64,000 nucleotides of DNA from Raillietiella orientalis (GCA_036172245.1 JAYWIR010000054.1:806001-870000), one strand, 5' to 3'; positions 13,150 to 26,900 are shown, counted from the stretch's first letter. Program-made: numbers and translations. The notes: generated by a model not told the origin, from the sequence alone.

Positions 13150-13900
13150 GGGAAGCAAATGTGAATTAACGGTGTCGTGGAAAGAACACACATGGTTCTC
13201 CGCACAGCAATGAATTATTGATTTCCCGTCTTCCTCCTCGTGGCAGGGGGCATGGGAGTACAGAATGACGGGCTGTCTTCCCAAGCCTCCTTGGCCTTCG
13301 GCGTTTGGAGCGACCACGGTTCTGTCGCCTCCTGGCATACTTCTGCGCTCGGTCGTTCGGAGACGATCCGTCTGGTCCCTACTTTGACTGATGTGGCACG
13401 ACACCTCAACAGTTCTTAAGGGAAGAGGCAAGAGCACATCCTGTTCAACAGCTCAAAACGCGACTCGTAAATGATTCCTTCCGTGGTGAACTGGCTCGCC
13501 CACTTCCTCCGAATGAGAGGCAGACGTGACTGAGCTGAAATTCAAGGAACCTGATCGGTCGGAAGATCTAAAGATTCCATATGGTGCCTCCAGGAAAGCC
13601 ATCCTGAGCGTAAGGATGCATGAAGATGGAGCTTTACTCACGACTTGCCACCCAATCCGCTCCCGGCAGCAAGACCTTGCCCTTATCAGCGGGTTGACTT
13701 GCCCCGAAAAAGCTCTGCAGAAAGCAGGACGTAGTCTCAGATGCGAAGCTCCAGCAGTGACAAGCCATGAGAGATTCAATGGCAGCACCATCCAGCATAG
13801 CCAACAGTGGCGACGGTATTGCATTTCATCGTCACCTCCACGTCATCTGTTGGGGTTTCCCGGAAATTCCTTTTCATCCGTTTCCATGAATTACAAGCAC
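13150..13900 (-). mobile_element. L2/CR1-like LINE relic (endonuclease end and linker), family copy
   Basis: SAEVCQEATEPWSLQTPK at 13280-13350 matches SAEVCQEAVELWSRQTPK at ~17865 (+) and AQVCQRTM at ~26370 (-). Confidence 0.5.
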
Positions 13901-14299
13901 CGAGCGAACATCGCTTGCAATCTCTGGTTTTCAAGGTACATTTGTATCACCTGTTCATGAAGCCATGCTACCTTATGGGGTATCGCGTATTCGTTGACAT
14001 CCTTTTCATTGATGGCGTTCATGCATCGAAGCATTATGAGCTTCTTTTCCCAAGATGCTGCATAGAATGCCAGGTGGAATATAAGAGATTCAATTTCATA
14101 CGAATATTCATATGATACTATTGATATTTATTTACAACTGAAATGGATTCAATGTTCATGTGATTTCACATACAAACATTGAATTTACTTCGAGCGCCGT
14201 TATTAGTTTTTGATTTGATGCGGTAATGCTCCAATATGCGATTTTACTGTTTTTTTCTAAAAACAAATGGGCTCCAGAATCTCTAGAGTGCTCTAACAG

Positions 14300-15400
14300 G
14301 AGCATTTTTTACGTAGATAAAAGAGCTATGTAACCTTCCTGAACCATAGCAACCAAATACTTCGATCATCTACACTATTAATCCCAGTAATCCACCCTGA
14401 AGCGAAGTCCAGACTCCATGTTCGTTACCTCGACAATTAAAGACAAGCTTACTGAAGCTGATGGGTTCATAGATCACTTACGTCACGATGCTGCGACATC
14501 TCTCAATGCCCTCAGATCCATGATCCTGTCTCCAAGATCAACCGATCAACACCTTAGTGATCCAGACTAGCATCCTGAAAAACACGCCCTGCTCTTTGCA
14601 ATAAGAGATGGATGGAGTGCATCCGGAAAGATGAAAGGACTCCTTCTAGCACTCGAAATGCTCGTGGTGCCCCCGTGGTGAGCCGATCATGCCTTTGGTG
14701 AGTTTAGTGTTCCACGGGTTCCATGGTGCCAGGAAGTGGCAACAGGGACGTGTAGCATTCTTTGCTACCACAGAGTTGCATTCAATTTGGATTATTTCTC
14801 AATCCTAAATCTTCAAGAACAAACTCACTCGAAAGCGCAAACTTACACTCTCTTTCGGACCTGAATTCGTGTTGGCTCCTCAAGGCTGAAAGACAACAGC
14901 TCTGCATGTATATAATGATGAGATCTTCACCGTTTGAGCATCATCGTAAGCTCCGCATGGCCACTATGATCTTTGTTGGACAGTTTAGTAGACAAATAAG
15001 CAAACAGCGTAGCAAGTGTTTACAAACGCATGAACAAAAAGGACACAAGAGTTCAAGATAGAAGGATTCTGTTCTTTCGTTTGAGTCCACCCACTTGAGC
15101 TTGGAACACACCTGAACTTGGAACAAGTCTTCTTCCCTCGTGCTGATCCATGCCCGTTCTCAGGTGAATTCGACAAAAAATCCAAAAATCCTTGGTACCA
15201 TGATGCTCACTGTCACCAGCCAAGAGGTGTCGCCTCCATTCCTCAAGAACAGCCATGTTTGCTTCCCAGGAGTTGATGCAGCAAATCTTTCGTCTTGGAC
15301 AGCATCCGATCACATTGGTGGAGCCGATGAAGAATTCGAAAAACTGCACAACCGCTTCACTTTCGATGGAGAAGCATGGAAAGCAAGGTCAGGGATACCA
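14300..15400 (+). mobile_element. Possible AP-endonuclease relics of LINEs
   Basis: Only weak end-of-APE motifs: ADHAF ~14682, SGEFD ~15160, SDHI ~15305. Highly decayed. Confidence 0.25.
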
Positions 15401-15629
15401 GAGCGTCAAAGCGTGCAGGAGTCAAAATAAGAAAAGGAAGCTACCTACTTCATCCTTGGTGAAAAGTGTGGAAATGAAGTTTCGAATCCTTAAATGAAAT
15501 TTAGGAATGAAATGAAAACGAAATTTCTCTTAGTGAACTCCCTTGGGCAAACGCATCTGTGAGGACAGAGTTCAGACTTGTTCGCGGCTTCATCCTGGGA
15601 ACACCTCCGGAAAATCAACTAGAACAGAG

Positions 15630-15746
15630 TGCTATTGCAATGGACACTTGTCCTCTTCAGCATTGCTTGCTGTTAGGTTAGGCAGGCCAAGTTAGGTTGA
15701 GGTTAGGTTAGGTTTTTTCAGAACTGAAGGTGTCCTATTTATAGCA
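15630..15746. mobile_element. Small MITE-like element containing degenerate (TTAGG)n
   Basis: TTAGG units at 15673-15712. Imperfect inverted ends tgctat..ggacac..ttcag / ctgaa..gtgtcc..atagca. Confidence 0.45.
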
Positions 15747-17199
15747 GGTTTGGGGTTTGAAAAACTGCCGTGAATAAAATTCGGTCCCCAGCTAGCTGTT
15801 TGGGGAAACCGCACGCACAAATCTGGATGTATCCTCGACAGCTCTACATCCTGCTCCTTTCCCACTGTCCACTGCAGCCTTGGTCAAAGTGAGCAGGCAG
15901 TTTCGGGATCACAGATCGCACCCACGGCCTTAAGCTTTCCACATTCGAAAGCAGCACTCTAACCAGAGTAGGGCCTTGGGTAGTAATTGGATTAAAGAAC
16001 AGCCGTGAATCGATCAGGAGTGGAAAATCAGACTGATTTCATGGGCGTGGATCCATTGGATTTTGGACTCCTCTAGAGAGTGGATACTAAAAGAGGAGGA
16101 AACATTCTCAGGAGCGGAAACTCCGAGGGCAGCAAACTGAGCAGGCTCCGCTGCTTCCGAAGCGAAGCTGCGATCTGGTGCGGTTGGACGACTTAAGCTC
16201 AGATTCTTTTGTGCTTCCGTTGTTCCCTGGAGGCTAGAAAATCAGGGAGGGGTTGCCCTAACTTGCGATGATGCTGAAGAAATGTGACGTCCTTCTCAAG
16301 ATTGCAGAGCTGGAACCTCCGATCCCCGTGGATTTTTGCTGGTTTTGCAAGTGCACCTCTTTGCATATTGGAAGCTGGATACCATTTTGCATAACCTTAG
16401 AAACCATCATAATGCCCTTCGTTCCACGCTACTGAGCGCAAGAACAAGACGGCAGACAATTTCTTTCTATGATACCAGATGAGATGGCCAAGGGGAAGTA
16501 GAATCCGCACGATGTTTTCCACTCATCCTTTTAGTCGACTGCTGCTGCAAATCTTTTACCCCCTCCAGAGCACTGATTCATCGTCGAGGTCTCAGGCTGT
16601 CGCATCTATCATAACATTCTCTAAATATTACAGTGATAGCTTTAGATAGCTTTTTCTACATTTCAGGATCAATGCTTCTTCTCAGTGAAGCAAACTTTCC
16701 TTAGTGTTCAATCACCCACTTGTCAAACTTCATCATTTGTTATCCCGAATCCTCTAAAACCATCGTCCTTCCTACCTTGGCTCCTTTAGCAGCCAAAGGA
16801 TATGTGGTTGTAAACTCACCATAGATTCATTTACTGAAAACAAATACCCATAAGATCGAAATACTATCAACTTCAAGCGTGTTGTATTCGTTAAGCTAAG
16901 GATCCCTCATAGGAAGTTTTTTCAATCATCCAAATAATTACAGTATTTACCCCTCAAACCAAAGAAACCTTCCTACTTGTGCTCACAGTCGTACACAACC
17001 CCAACAACGTCTCGCACCTTCACAACCCCAATCCATTCCTCCTAGCGACTTCTTCTCACATCTTCTCGTGCATTCTGCTACTCAGTCTCACCAGAATATC
17101 GGAATTGATATACTGATGATGATTTCTTTAGCTCCGGCCTTCTTTGAGGACAGGCATCATTCTTAAACCACCAGTGCAATTGGATTACACGGCAGCTCT

Positions 17200-18042
17200 C
17201 GTGCTGAGCAGGTGATGAGACCTTGCAAGACCGTCGTTCTGGGACCATCAGCGTAACCTGAATGTCCCAGAACCCAAACGCATACATAGATGGAGAAGAA
17301 CGAGCAGAAGGACGTCCTCCATTTTGAATTTTCTGAAGTAAGCGGGACATTTTCCGTGGAGAGCTGCTTTGAGCTACTCAGTCCTACTGTTTCTGATCAT
17401 GATGGTGAAGGAGTATTGAATAACTGGTTCTCTGCGAATACATATCTGGGTACCCGCGGAAAGTTCTCACGGAGAACCGATGGCATGCTGAGCGCTTGGC
17501 TTCACGGAAGAAAGGCAACCTTCCGAGTGCGTGTACCCTGGCATTTCCGGGATGTCAAGCTGAACCGCAACTACAGGAAAAGAGACCTTCGAGAGCAGCA
17601 TAGGCACGAATGTTTACTTTCATTGCTCGACAAGGCACCGCACGGAAGGTGCCGGCCAGCAAACGAGAGGGGCACCAGGAGAGCGCAGACCTGGTTCGTC
17701 GAGAGGAAACCGGTGGACGTTAGAAGAGAAGCGCGAACGCAAAGAGAGAAGACATTGGAGCCGCGTAGCCCTTTTCCTCTTCCCTCAAGAACTACCAGGT
17801 TGTCATGCCACACCGGACAAAGCAAGGACGTCTGCCAGACTGATCGGCTGGGACACTCTCCCAAGAGCGCCGAAGTGTGTCAGGAAGCGGTGGAACTTTG
17901 GTCGCGCCAAACGCCGAAGATGGAGAAGGCTTGGACGGACAGCCGCTCACTCTGTAACCGCTACGAGGGAGAGGGCGGGAAATTGACAATTCCAACGATG
18001 TGCCTATGGGGTGACCTCGACACAGAGCAGCTCCCCTTCTGA
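17200..18042 (+). mobile_element. L2/CR1-like LINE ORF2 relic: end of AP endonuclease and EN-RT linker
   Basis: KTVVLG (~viLGDfN) ~17227. The 250-aa ORF 17290-18042 has VSDH and TWFVERK...R (PW/F linker). Homologous to 26330-26800 and 13200-13430. Confidence 0.55.
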
Positions 18043-18449
18043 ATGTCCGTGGTACACCACGCAGCCATCGTCTAAGAAGGGGAAAGTGTACACAGAAACC
18101 ATGCCCCTACGTTGTTCCTTTGCCTAGTTCTCGGCAGCTGATAGGGAGAATGGTGACAAAGCCTGCGACAGGATTCCACTTTTTTGGAGCTGTCGACGCC
18201 ACTTCGAGAGATGCACGTTCCTTCCAAATTCAAAGGTTAGAGATATGCAGAGCTGTTTAATTTACAGTGGCTTAGTCATCTGCTTCCGCTGACGGCCTAC
18301 GCGTCATTGCTGATTCATGTTTTGCTTCATCGGTCCCCAGGAGTTGATGGATTCCCGAATACTCTCTTGGGCATCCGGAAGCTAAAGCTAAAAGAAAAAG
18401 AAAGATGGCAAGCAAAAAATTAAAGAGGTTTTCACGTTTCGAAACAAAT

Positions 18450-19000
18450 CTGATTCCCTGGTTCACCGCAGTGATTTGCTCACTTCTCAATCTCACTCAG
18501 CAGATTCCTTCCCGGATGCAAAGGCCTTATGCCTTGTCCTGTGCTTCGAGTCGTGGAATATGCAAGGAGACTCGTCGTTTGCTGCTTTTCGAGTCCGTTT
18601 CAGTTCACCCCTCTTCCGCCTCTATCTCCCGGTGACGGCTGGATTTCCCACGGAGCTTGGTCCTCCCGTGTCTTGTGCAGAAACAGAGAAGTCTTTGGCA
18701 TTTCGAGCTGATCATTGCACCGCATCTCGTCTTCCTTCTTGCAGCCGGCCAGCTGATGGATTTTCTCTTCCCCGGAAGCGACACGTGGCTTTCGCTTCCG
18801 GGCACCACAGGGCCTATCGATTTTCAGCAGGTTTCCCGCTTCCTGCAGTTGGACTCCACGGTGAACGACAGGAGGTGTACCTGGAACCGACCCACCGCAA
18901 TCACTTTGCTTCGATTCCCTTTCTCTTCAGAATTCCGTCTCTCGGAATCACATCAGAACTCGGACTGCCAGCAGAGATATTTGCTCGCTCATGATTCTCA
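18450..19000 (+). mobile_element. Degenerate non-LTR RT core fragment
   Basis: ORF 18476-18994 has MQGDSS...SPLFRLYL (~QGD.lSPlLF.ly) followed by SLAFRADH (~laFaDD). Confidence 0.45.
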
Positions 19001-19109
19001 GTCGATCACAGGTTGCCGGAGGAAACAGCATCCGTCCGGAGCCTGAGCGCCCCCTCAACGGAATCAGCATGAAAGTTTTCGTGGTTCCCATCTTGCACTC
19101 TTTGAGGTT

Positions 19110-19826
19110 TCTTTTCTGTCTTCGCTGTTTTCCCTGCCGATTTTTTTCTTTGGTTCGCTGAGTTCCTTAAGAACCGTAGCGCGCCTGGTGATCACGCAGC
19201 TCTCTAACACGCCACCCAAGGGATCGTGTAATCCTTCAAGATAGGGGATGCTCCGGGGAGGAGACCACCCCATGAATCCCGAAAGGGCTCCGGAGAAGGA
19301 TGTCTATTCCTTTTACTCTTGGAGGGAAACCTTCTGCCCTGGTTGTCTTCGAAGGGAATCTCCTTCCTTATTCTCTCCGGAGGGAACCCGCAAGGGAACC
19401 GCTCCTGTTTACTCCTTTGAAGAGAACCCTGAAGGATCACTCCCGAAATTCTTCAGAAGGGCAAGTGTACGCTTCTCTGAACTTGGCGAGGTGGCCTACT
19501 CCACGGGTGCATCTACTTCACGGAGGATCCTCCCGAAGGGAGTGTGTACAACTCGAGGGAAGCTCCCATTTTTTGATTCTATTTCCTGGAAAGAGCCGAA
19601 AGTCGACTCCCAATCCCGGCCACCCATCGGGGGCATCCGATTTTATCCGCTAACCAGTGCCGCTCCCGAATGCATGGAGACCATCCAGCGTCATCTTGAG
19701 GGAGGAATTCGAAATCCACGACTCACCTTCACTCTCGGCGTCGATTCTTCGCGAGTATCCGAACCCGCAACGCTTGGTGGTGCCACGCGCGGAGACCTCA
19801 GCAACCACATGGCCTCCGACGCGGAC
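19110..19826 (-). mobile_element. tRNA-derived SINE-like element, copy 2 (near full length)
   Basis: rc head ccgcgtcggaggccatgtggttgc...cgcgcgtggcacc...gcgggttcgga. Tail shared with copy 1 (e.g. taatccttcaagataggg vs taattcttcaagataggg; gtcttcgctgtt). Confidence 0.7.
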
Positions 19827-20562
19827 TACAGACTGGAGGAGGGAGCACTGTGGAAAACCAGCTGTAGCCACGGTGTTCCTTCGCACCTTTGTGTACACGT
19901 CCGAAAGGGGGAGGAACGGAAATCCCTCACCCTACCAATACAGCAGTTTGCACCTGGATAGGTAGCACATCTAGGATCAAATATTAATCACTGATCCCTG
20001 TGCGTCCTTTGACAAGAAAAAAGAAGCACAGAGAGTCGATGCAAGGAAACAGCCCTAAACAAATCTGCAGTTTTTAGAAAATGGTGTCGAAATTTCATTG
20101 AATTCAATTTTTTATGAATGAAATCTAGGATATGCCTTCATCAAAAAAAAAAAAATCATTCTGAACACAACGCTCAAAAGGGAGTGATTGGTCCCACGAA
20201 TCCAATACAAACTAGAGTTCCCTCCTGTTCCGGGCTGAGAAGTTCCAATGAGATCTCTAGTTATAATAACCGAACTAAGAAGAACAGTCACCCGCAAAAC
20301 TGATAGGGCTCAGAATGAGTCGCATCAGAAAATGCAGATGAACTCAAGAGCATCTTCGAGGCAAAGTACTCGGAAGAAAGAAGCTTCAGAGTGAAGGTGG
20401 TGGTGCAACCACCTCCGTTTGCAGAGTCCTCATAAAGCAGATGGACGAGGTGGACGAAAGAACAGAGATCCTACTGTCCGGTCGTTCCGTTAGTCCCTTT
20501 CTTTAGGGGATGACGGCCTCATCCAGTCAATGATTTCATTCGGTTGTGCTGCTTTTCAAAGG

Positions 20563-22072
20563 AGCAACGGAAGAACATCCGCACGTCCACGGACTGGGAT
20601 GACGTTCTAAGCTCCTCCTCCATCCGAGAGAAGGTGGCAGCTCACACACACACAGCACGTTGGCAGTTCTCCACATCATTGGACAGATGGGACTCCTTTC
20701 GAGAGCTCCACGGTCAACCCCGTCAGGCCATCGAGCAGTAACTCCGGTCATCCTTCTCACAGGGAAGAAACGTCCACTTCCGGAAAGGACAAGGGAAGCA
20801 AATTCCAGCTGCACCAGCAGAGAACAGCAGCAGAGAACTCAAGGGACTTCGGGAAGCTGCCAGTCAAGTCTCTGGAAGTTCCGACGTGACGACGACGCGA
20901 GCGGGCACGTCCGCATTCCCAAGTCGGAATGGCAAGACGCTGATTTCGTTTCGCGGCAAAAGACGCTGGACCGACCGACGTGGGCGAGCGTCAAGCCAGT
21001 GCGGTGCTTTTCTCTCAAAACAGAGGAACCCACCAAGCGATGCTGTGCGGGTAAGACGTCGTCGCACACGCCACGCCAACGGCATCGCGCTCCGCGTCCT
21101 CCCGAGACGTGGCACACATGCAGCGGACAAGATGTCCCGAAGGTACAGCGAACCTAGGAGGCATCCATCGCGTTGTCCGGTTCATTGAATCAGCAGCAGC
21201 CCTCCCTGCCGTCGCCTCGAGGCACGACGATACGGGCACGCCTCCAGAGCTGGAGGTGTCCGACCAGCCCGTCAGTTGGATGGATTCGAAGCAGCGGCCC
21301 GACCGTGCGCAAGGAGGAGGCGGACGTTCCTTTTGGGCGCCGGCTGGTCTCCCGAGGAACGGGTCTTCGTGCAGAGAGAGGACTGCCGCCTTGCTTTCTT
21401 TCCAGAACAGGGTGCTTGCGTCGGAGGGTCCGGTTGTCACCGTACCCACCGACGCAAGCGGTGCGTCCTGGGAAAGAAGCTGAAAGCGGATCTCCCGGAT
21501 ACGCACCTCATCAAGGAGATGGTGGTGTGCATCAACATCCGGCAACGCAACGGCGATGGTGGCTGGCGTCATCACCGAGAGGGCTGCAGCCCGAATTCTG
21601 AGGGCCAGATGGAGTCTTGGTTTCATAATGCAACGTGCTGGATTCCAGAATAGGTACGGGAGATCGAGGACCGTGTCAGCGCCGATGCGTCGATGCTGGA
21701 GAGCACTGCCGAAAACGAAGATCAAGGTGGTCAGCGAAGAGGAGAACCTCGTCTGGGATTTCTCTTCACCCGGTTCAATGCCTGAATGACATCAATCAAG
21801 AAGACACTTCATTTTCCGTTTCTCTGGCCGCTCGGCCTTTCATGCGTGCCTCCCGGGGCCAACCGCTTGGGTTCCTCATTGGATCTCTGACGTTTGCGTT
21901 TCCAGGGAAACTTATTCCCTTTTCCAGAATAGCTGTCATTCTGTATATCTCCGTTTTTTCTACGAACGGATTCACCGACAGGCAGTTTCCCATGCTCAGA
22001 ACTCCTGGTTCAAAATGTTGGAGCCATCCTGAATTGGAGTGGGAGGGGCAGCCGCTGCTGCCGTTCATTTTT
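20563..22072 (+). repeat. Segmental repeat copy A: dead RNase H-bearing LINE 3' part plus flanking DNA
   Basis: Near-identical to rc 31801-33323 and to 27918-28827. RNase H-like motifs IRTSTD..., SFRELHG..QAIEQ, VILLTG, GHVRIPKSEWQDAD (~gHvgI.gNe.AD). Confidence 0.9.
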
Positions 22073-22877
22073 GACGCATCAGGACATAAAAATCAAATGC
22101 GAATTCAAATAAGATGTCTCTGCGACCGACGGGGAAATCGGAAGTGACACGCTTGGTATGGAGGTGACCGGATTCCAGTTCCTGGTAGTCGTGGAAGAGC
22201 CGCTGCGCTGTTTGCTCCGTTTGCATCTCCAGATGCACTGAATCAAGTACGCTCGCGAAAAGAAGGAAAAAAAAAAAAAAAAGCAGGAAGGAGTTCATTT
22301 CGGTTAGGAGATTTAATACTGGGGAAGTCGGATACGGGGGAGGAGGAATGAAACTCCATATCTGTCCCTTTCACTGTAGATGCACGCTGGGAGCTCGTGA
22401 TCTCGACGCTGGGGATGGAGAACGCCGCGCCATCGATCAGAATTGGCCCCGCCCACTGCGAAGCACTTTGGGCGCTTCGGAGTGCATAAGAAGGCACGTG
22501 CCAAGCTCTTCATGGCTTGCCTGCATTAAATAATTAACCCGACGGAATCGAGGGATCTTTGTGGCTTCGCTTTACCAAGGTCGTGGGATCGACAGTTGTG
22601 CATCACCATGCATCATGTGATACCTACTACAATAGCAGGCAACGAAAACAAATGCGGCGGATTGAGGTCAACTGTTCCATCGGATAATCAGGGAACCTTT
22701 GAGAGCTAGAGATGGCATGGCCCTTGGAGTAGAGGTCACATGGCTGCCTTGCCGGATGAGGGTTTTGAACATTTCGCCGAACCCAGCAACCCTTCATATC
22801 GATCAGAGGGGCATCCCAAGCTCTCCAACGCTGTCCGCCCCGCCCGAGGTTGAGAAGCGTGCTGGAAGCGGACCTCG

Positions 22878-23385
22878 CCCTTATTTTTTCCAAAAGCACC
22901 CAGGAAAGGATTCGCTTACGAAATTTTCCTTCTGGAGTGAACCTTCCAGGGAACAGCTCCTTGTTACTCCTCTGGAGTGAGCACCAAAGGGACGCTTCCC
23001 AACTTTCTCGGTGGGTCCTCCCAAAGAAAGCAGCGCCGCTTCCAGCACTCTGGAGAGGCGTCAATCCACCACCTCCACGGTACGAGATGGAAGTTCCTCC
23101 TTTAAGGAGGAAAAGAACACCCTTTAAACAACTGGAGGAGAACCCCAAAGGGTTTCTGGATTCTTGGAAGGACTCCGGCGGTTCGACTCTGAATCCAGGT
23201 CAGTCAGCGGGGGTCCCCGATTTCCGGCTGCTTCCACCGGCATCGCACCCGAAGTCTCTAGGTCAACCAGTGTCGCCTTGCAGGAGCAACTCGAAACCCA
23301 GATCAGTCTTTTCCTGGGCGGGATCCGAACCCGCGACGATTCACGTCACGCGCGAAGACCTTGCCCACGAGGCCGCCAACGCACA
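22878..23385 (-). mobile_element. tRNA-derived SINE-like element, copy 3 (3'-truncated)
   Basis: rc head gcgttggcggcctcgtgggcaaggtcttcgcgcgtg...gcgggttcggatcccgccc, a second gggtttcgag module, and part of the body. Confidence 0.65.
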
Positions 23386-24102
23386 AAGGGGGGTGAGTGA
23401 CGAAACAGTTCCACCTACAAGAAGAAGGATGACCGCTGCATCGAAAACACGGTTCAGAAGACGGTTACCAGCCGCTCGTATCCCGTTCCTTCCTATTTAT
23501 TTATTCATTGAGGTTCATTTCCTGTCGCTTTCCCTCGGCTACCCTGGTCTCCTGCCGAGTCTGTGCTCCACCTTTCTTCTTCCCTTGCCAGAAGTCGCAC
23601 TGGATTTTGGGAAGCAGCTTTCTTGATCCGCGCTTCCAGTTCGTCGCTGACCTTTTTCTCGCTCCGGAGGCAAGGGCGGGAGATGCGGTCGACTGCCTCC
23701 CTCCGCGCGTACAGCACGCGCCTCTTGCACAGAAGGGCAGGCACCGCTCCTGGTGGGCCTTCCAGGACGGACTGCGTGCAGCCGAGCGGCGCTGCGGGAA
23801 TCCATCTGCAAGCCGACAGACATGAAATTGCCTACCGTCGAGGACGGAACGATCCAACCAGCTGTGCTGTCCCACGCACGCATGGCCTTCCCTGGATGAC
23901 CAAGTGGCCTTCTGCGGGCGTTCGTGTGAAGCCTGCAGAGCGTGCATCCTCGCTCCGGATTGATCAAGAAGCGTTCCTCGCATGCCTGCTCCAAGTTGCA
24001 TCTTCAGCCGCAGTTCTGGATGTATTTAACTCGAGAGTCTGCCTCACCCTCACTCTTCTTGCCTGTCTACCTGCTTGTGTTCTGCTTAACTGTTGGATTC
24101 CT
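23185..24102 (+). repeat. ~0.92 kb near-identical inverted duplicate of 47601-48520 (SINE head plus NeSL-like C-terminal relic on minus strand)
   Basis: The same ORF translations appear on opposite strands (23501-24001 vs 47702-48202). The relic reads GKAMRAW...AARLHAV...CP...REAVDRISRPC...ARIKKAA, like the pre-knuckle and knuckle region of REL elements. Confidence 0.9.
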
Positions 24103-24949
24103 CATAGGTGGCTTGCTAACATGAATGCTCCTAAAGAACTATTTCGAACCAGCTCAGCAGATGCTGAAGAAAACTTGCCCAGGAAACAAATCATCATTGT
24201 TTTCTGTTTCGTACGAAGAAGGAACCCGTTTTCCCTCCCTTTCCTTCTTTTATTGAAAACGCATGCTTTTCATTCGTGTCCATTTACTCTCCTCTGGCTA
24301 ATGAAGTCACCGAGATACAACTCATCTTCTCTGATCTTTTCGGTCTTTTAAAGAAAAAAGCAACGAACTGTTTGTTCTTCATTAACTTGGAACTGCATAA
24401 AATACGCACAGGATGAGATACCGAGGTAGCAATGGTGAATCGTAAAATATTCATCAGTAAATGGAATTAGATGATTCAGAGCACAAATGCTATAAGAGAA
24501 CGTTAGCTGCATTCATCTCTCAAGAGGACCGAGTGCACTTATGAGCCCTTTCAAAATCCTTCCAAGGATGCAGGTTCTTGTTGTCTCATTCCACACACAA
24601 AAGGAATTGTCTCTGAATTGCCATCGAAGGTCGATGAAAGTCACCGGGAATTTTCGTCTCCCACATAGAGCACGAAAAGAGATCGAGGGTAACGAGATAG
24701 GAAGGATCAGGGATGAGTTTTCCTGACGGAATATGAAACAACGAAAAGAAGGAGATGATTTCGAGCTCGCTCCAGTGATCGAAACAGACGAAACGTTCCA
24801 GCCATTACGCAGAACCCACAATTCCATCCAGCAGCATCCTTTTGTGGAGACACTCGCGGATTCTGCGGAGAGGATCAAATCGTCGCTCATGAAATCTGGA
24901 AGCAATGGGAGTTTCTGCCAGGCTTGCCGCACAGCTTTGCTTCAGAAGA

Positions 24950-26900
24950 CGCCAAGGCAGCGGACGAGACTTTTTGTTGATCACACTATAGACCATCAGA
25001 GAAAGAACCAAGGAATCAGAAAAAGATTCTCAACCTTTCTTTTGGAACGTTTTCTGGAGATTGAAGGCGAAAAACGGAACCGTGAGGTCGCTGGCATCGG
25101 CAAGTCCCAAAGAATGTGCTCAGGCCGTTCATCCCGATTCTAGAGAGCAGCTGAAGTATCGCCTCGTTCCGGGACAGGTTGTTCAGAAACTCCCAACTCT
25201 GGAGCAAACAGGTCATTAGACGAGTGACCCTTTCCACGCTCGCAGTGAATATGCCCTTGAATTTTGGACCGTGACCATGAGCACTTGTGCTTTTCTTGGA
25301 GTCCACAAACCGATGGGACCTGCAAGATAAGAAGCACAGAACTTGGTCTAAATCCTCGAGAAAGATGCAAGATGAGCAGCATTTTCCTTCATTCCTTTTT
25401 CTTCCCCTCGTTACGTGCCTCTGGCTTGTATCCAGTGGACATCACGCGTCAGAAGTGATGACTTGGTCGCTTTTCAGCGGTAAAGGCAAGCCTGTTGGTA
25501 TTGGTCACAGTCATGGAGCTCTTGAGAGTTTCGTAACTCCGCCGAGTCTTTCTGACCGACCTCCTGAACCTAGAAGCATAAACTGATGTGTAGCCGCAAG
25601 TGGAACGTGCAAAACTGAGAGGATGTTTCCGAGAAGAGGAAGAGTGGGCTAGACTAGAGAAGTACTTCCTCCCGGGTCTGCTTTGGTGGAGAGTTTCAGA
25701 AAAGTGCAACAGGAGACGCTTTTCCATGGGGGTAAGGAGGCAGAGTGCGATCACTGGATGCAGGTGCTCGCTATTAGGATTCATCGGGAGCAGGAAAGCT
25801 TTCAACTACACCAATCCCGCTTCAGTTTCGTTCCTACACGGGGATGCTGTCCCTGCGCAAAGCAGCTTCGCTTAATTTTCTTGAGATCTTCTGAGCGAAA
25901 GCAGTAAAAGAAGGTCTGACAATAAATTAGTGATGAAGACAGAGATGACAGACGTTTAATGAGATCAAAGCTTGGTCCGGCGTGAAAGAGACGTGCACAA
26001 CCTCTGCTTCCTCTTGACATGAAGGGATGCCTCTGAGAGATTTGAGGTTTTTCCACGGAAGAGGACGAGATGCTCCATGGAACGCACAAACAGGAAGTGC
26101 GCTCCTACGAGGATCCACGCGAGGAATAGGTCGCTGGAGAATGCACACCCAGGAATTTGAACAACTGCATCGCAGCAGAGAAGCGGTGACGTCGAAGCCA
26201 ACAGCAGTGGAGCCTGAAGCATTGATGGGAAAAGACAGTTTCGTCGGACGACTTGCATCTGCGATTCCAGCCCACTGCGTACTGCTCGAAGCCTGGTGCA
26301 ATCGGCATTGAGCCCAGTTCACTTGATTGGTTGGTCTTCGGAGGTCGATAGGGCCAAAATCACGCATGGTCCTCTGGCATACTTGCGCGCTCGGTCATTC
26401 GGGGGGTATCCTGGGCAGTCAGTCCACTGGAAGTCCTAACTTTGCTGGATGTTGCACAAGGCCACGCGAAGCAGCTCGGCACGGTGACCCATGCCGAGCT
26501 GCTTCGCGTACTTTCTGGGACTTTCTATATCTTTAGGAAGATCGTCGTTCTTGAAGCCATAGTGATTCGACTCATGAATGTACGGGCGGACTCTTCCTGA
26601 GGGGAATAAAAAAAACCTAGGACTAGAGTACTTTCGTTCCTTTCTCTCGAGCGTCTTATCCGATGCCGTCAGTTCCCTATCTACGAACCAGGTCTGGGTG
26701 CCCCGGGCACCTCGTGATTTCTGGCCTAGCTGCTGTGTCTTCCGTGCGTTGCGGAGGCACGGAAGATTTGCCTTGCCTCCCAACGCGGCCCATCACTTCA
26801 TCGTGCCTCCCGGCTCAGAGCTGAAGGTGCCGCATGCAGTGACTGGAGATACACGGCAGCATGTCATCTCGTTTCTGGGTCAGCCTAGCTGTTTCCTGAG
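24950..26900 (-). mobile_element. L2-like LINE ORF2 relic (linker plus RT N-terminal half)
   Basis: In order on minus: TWFVDREL...ERKERKY, STAVGFDV, ISLCF*VQEV, DQYQQA..R*KATKSSLL (~QsayR..hSTetaLL), LLILHLSRGF (~lvlLDLSaAFD). Confidence 0.6.
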
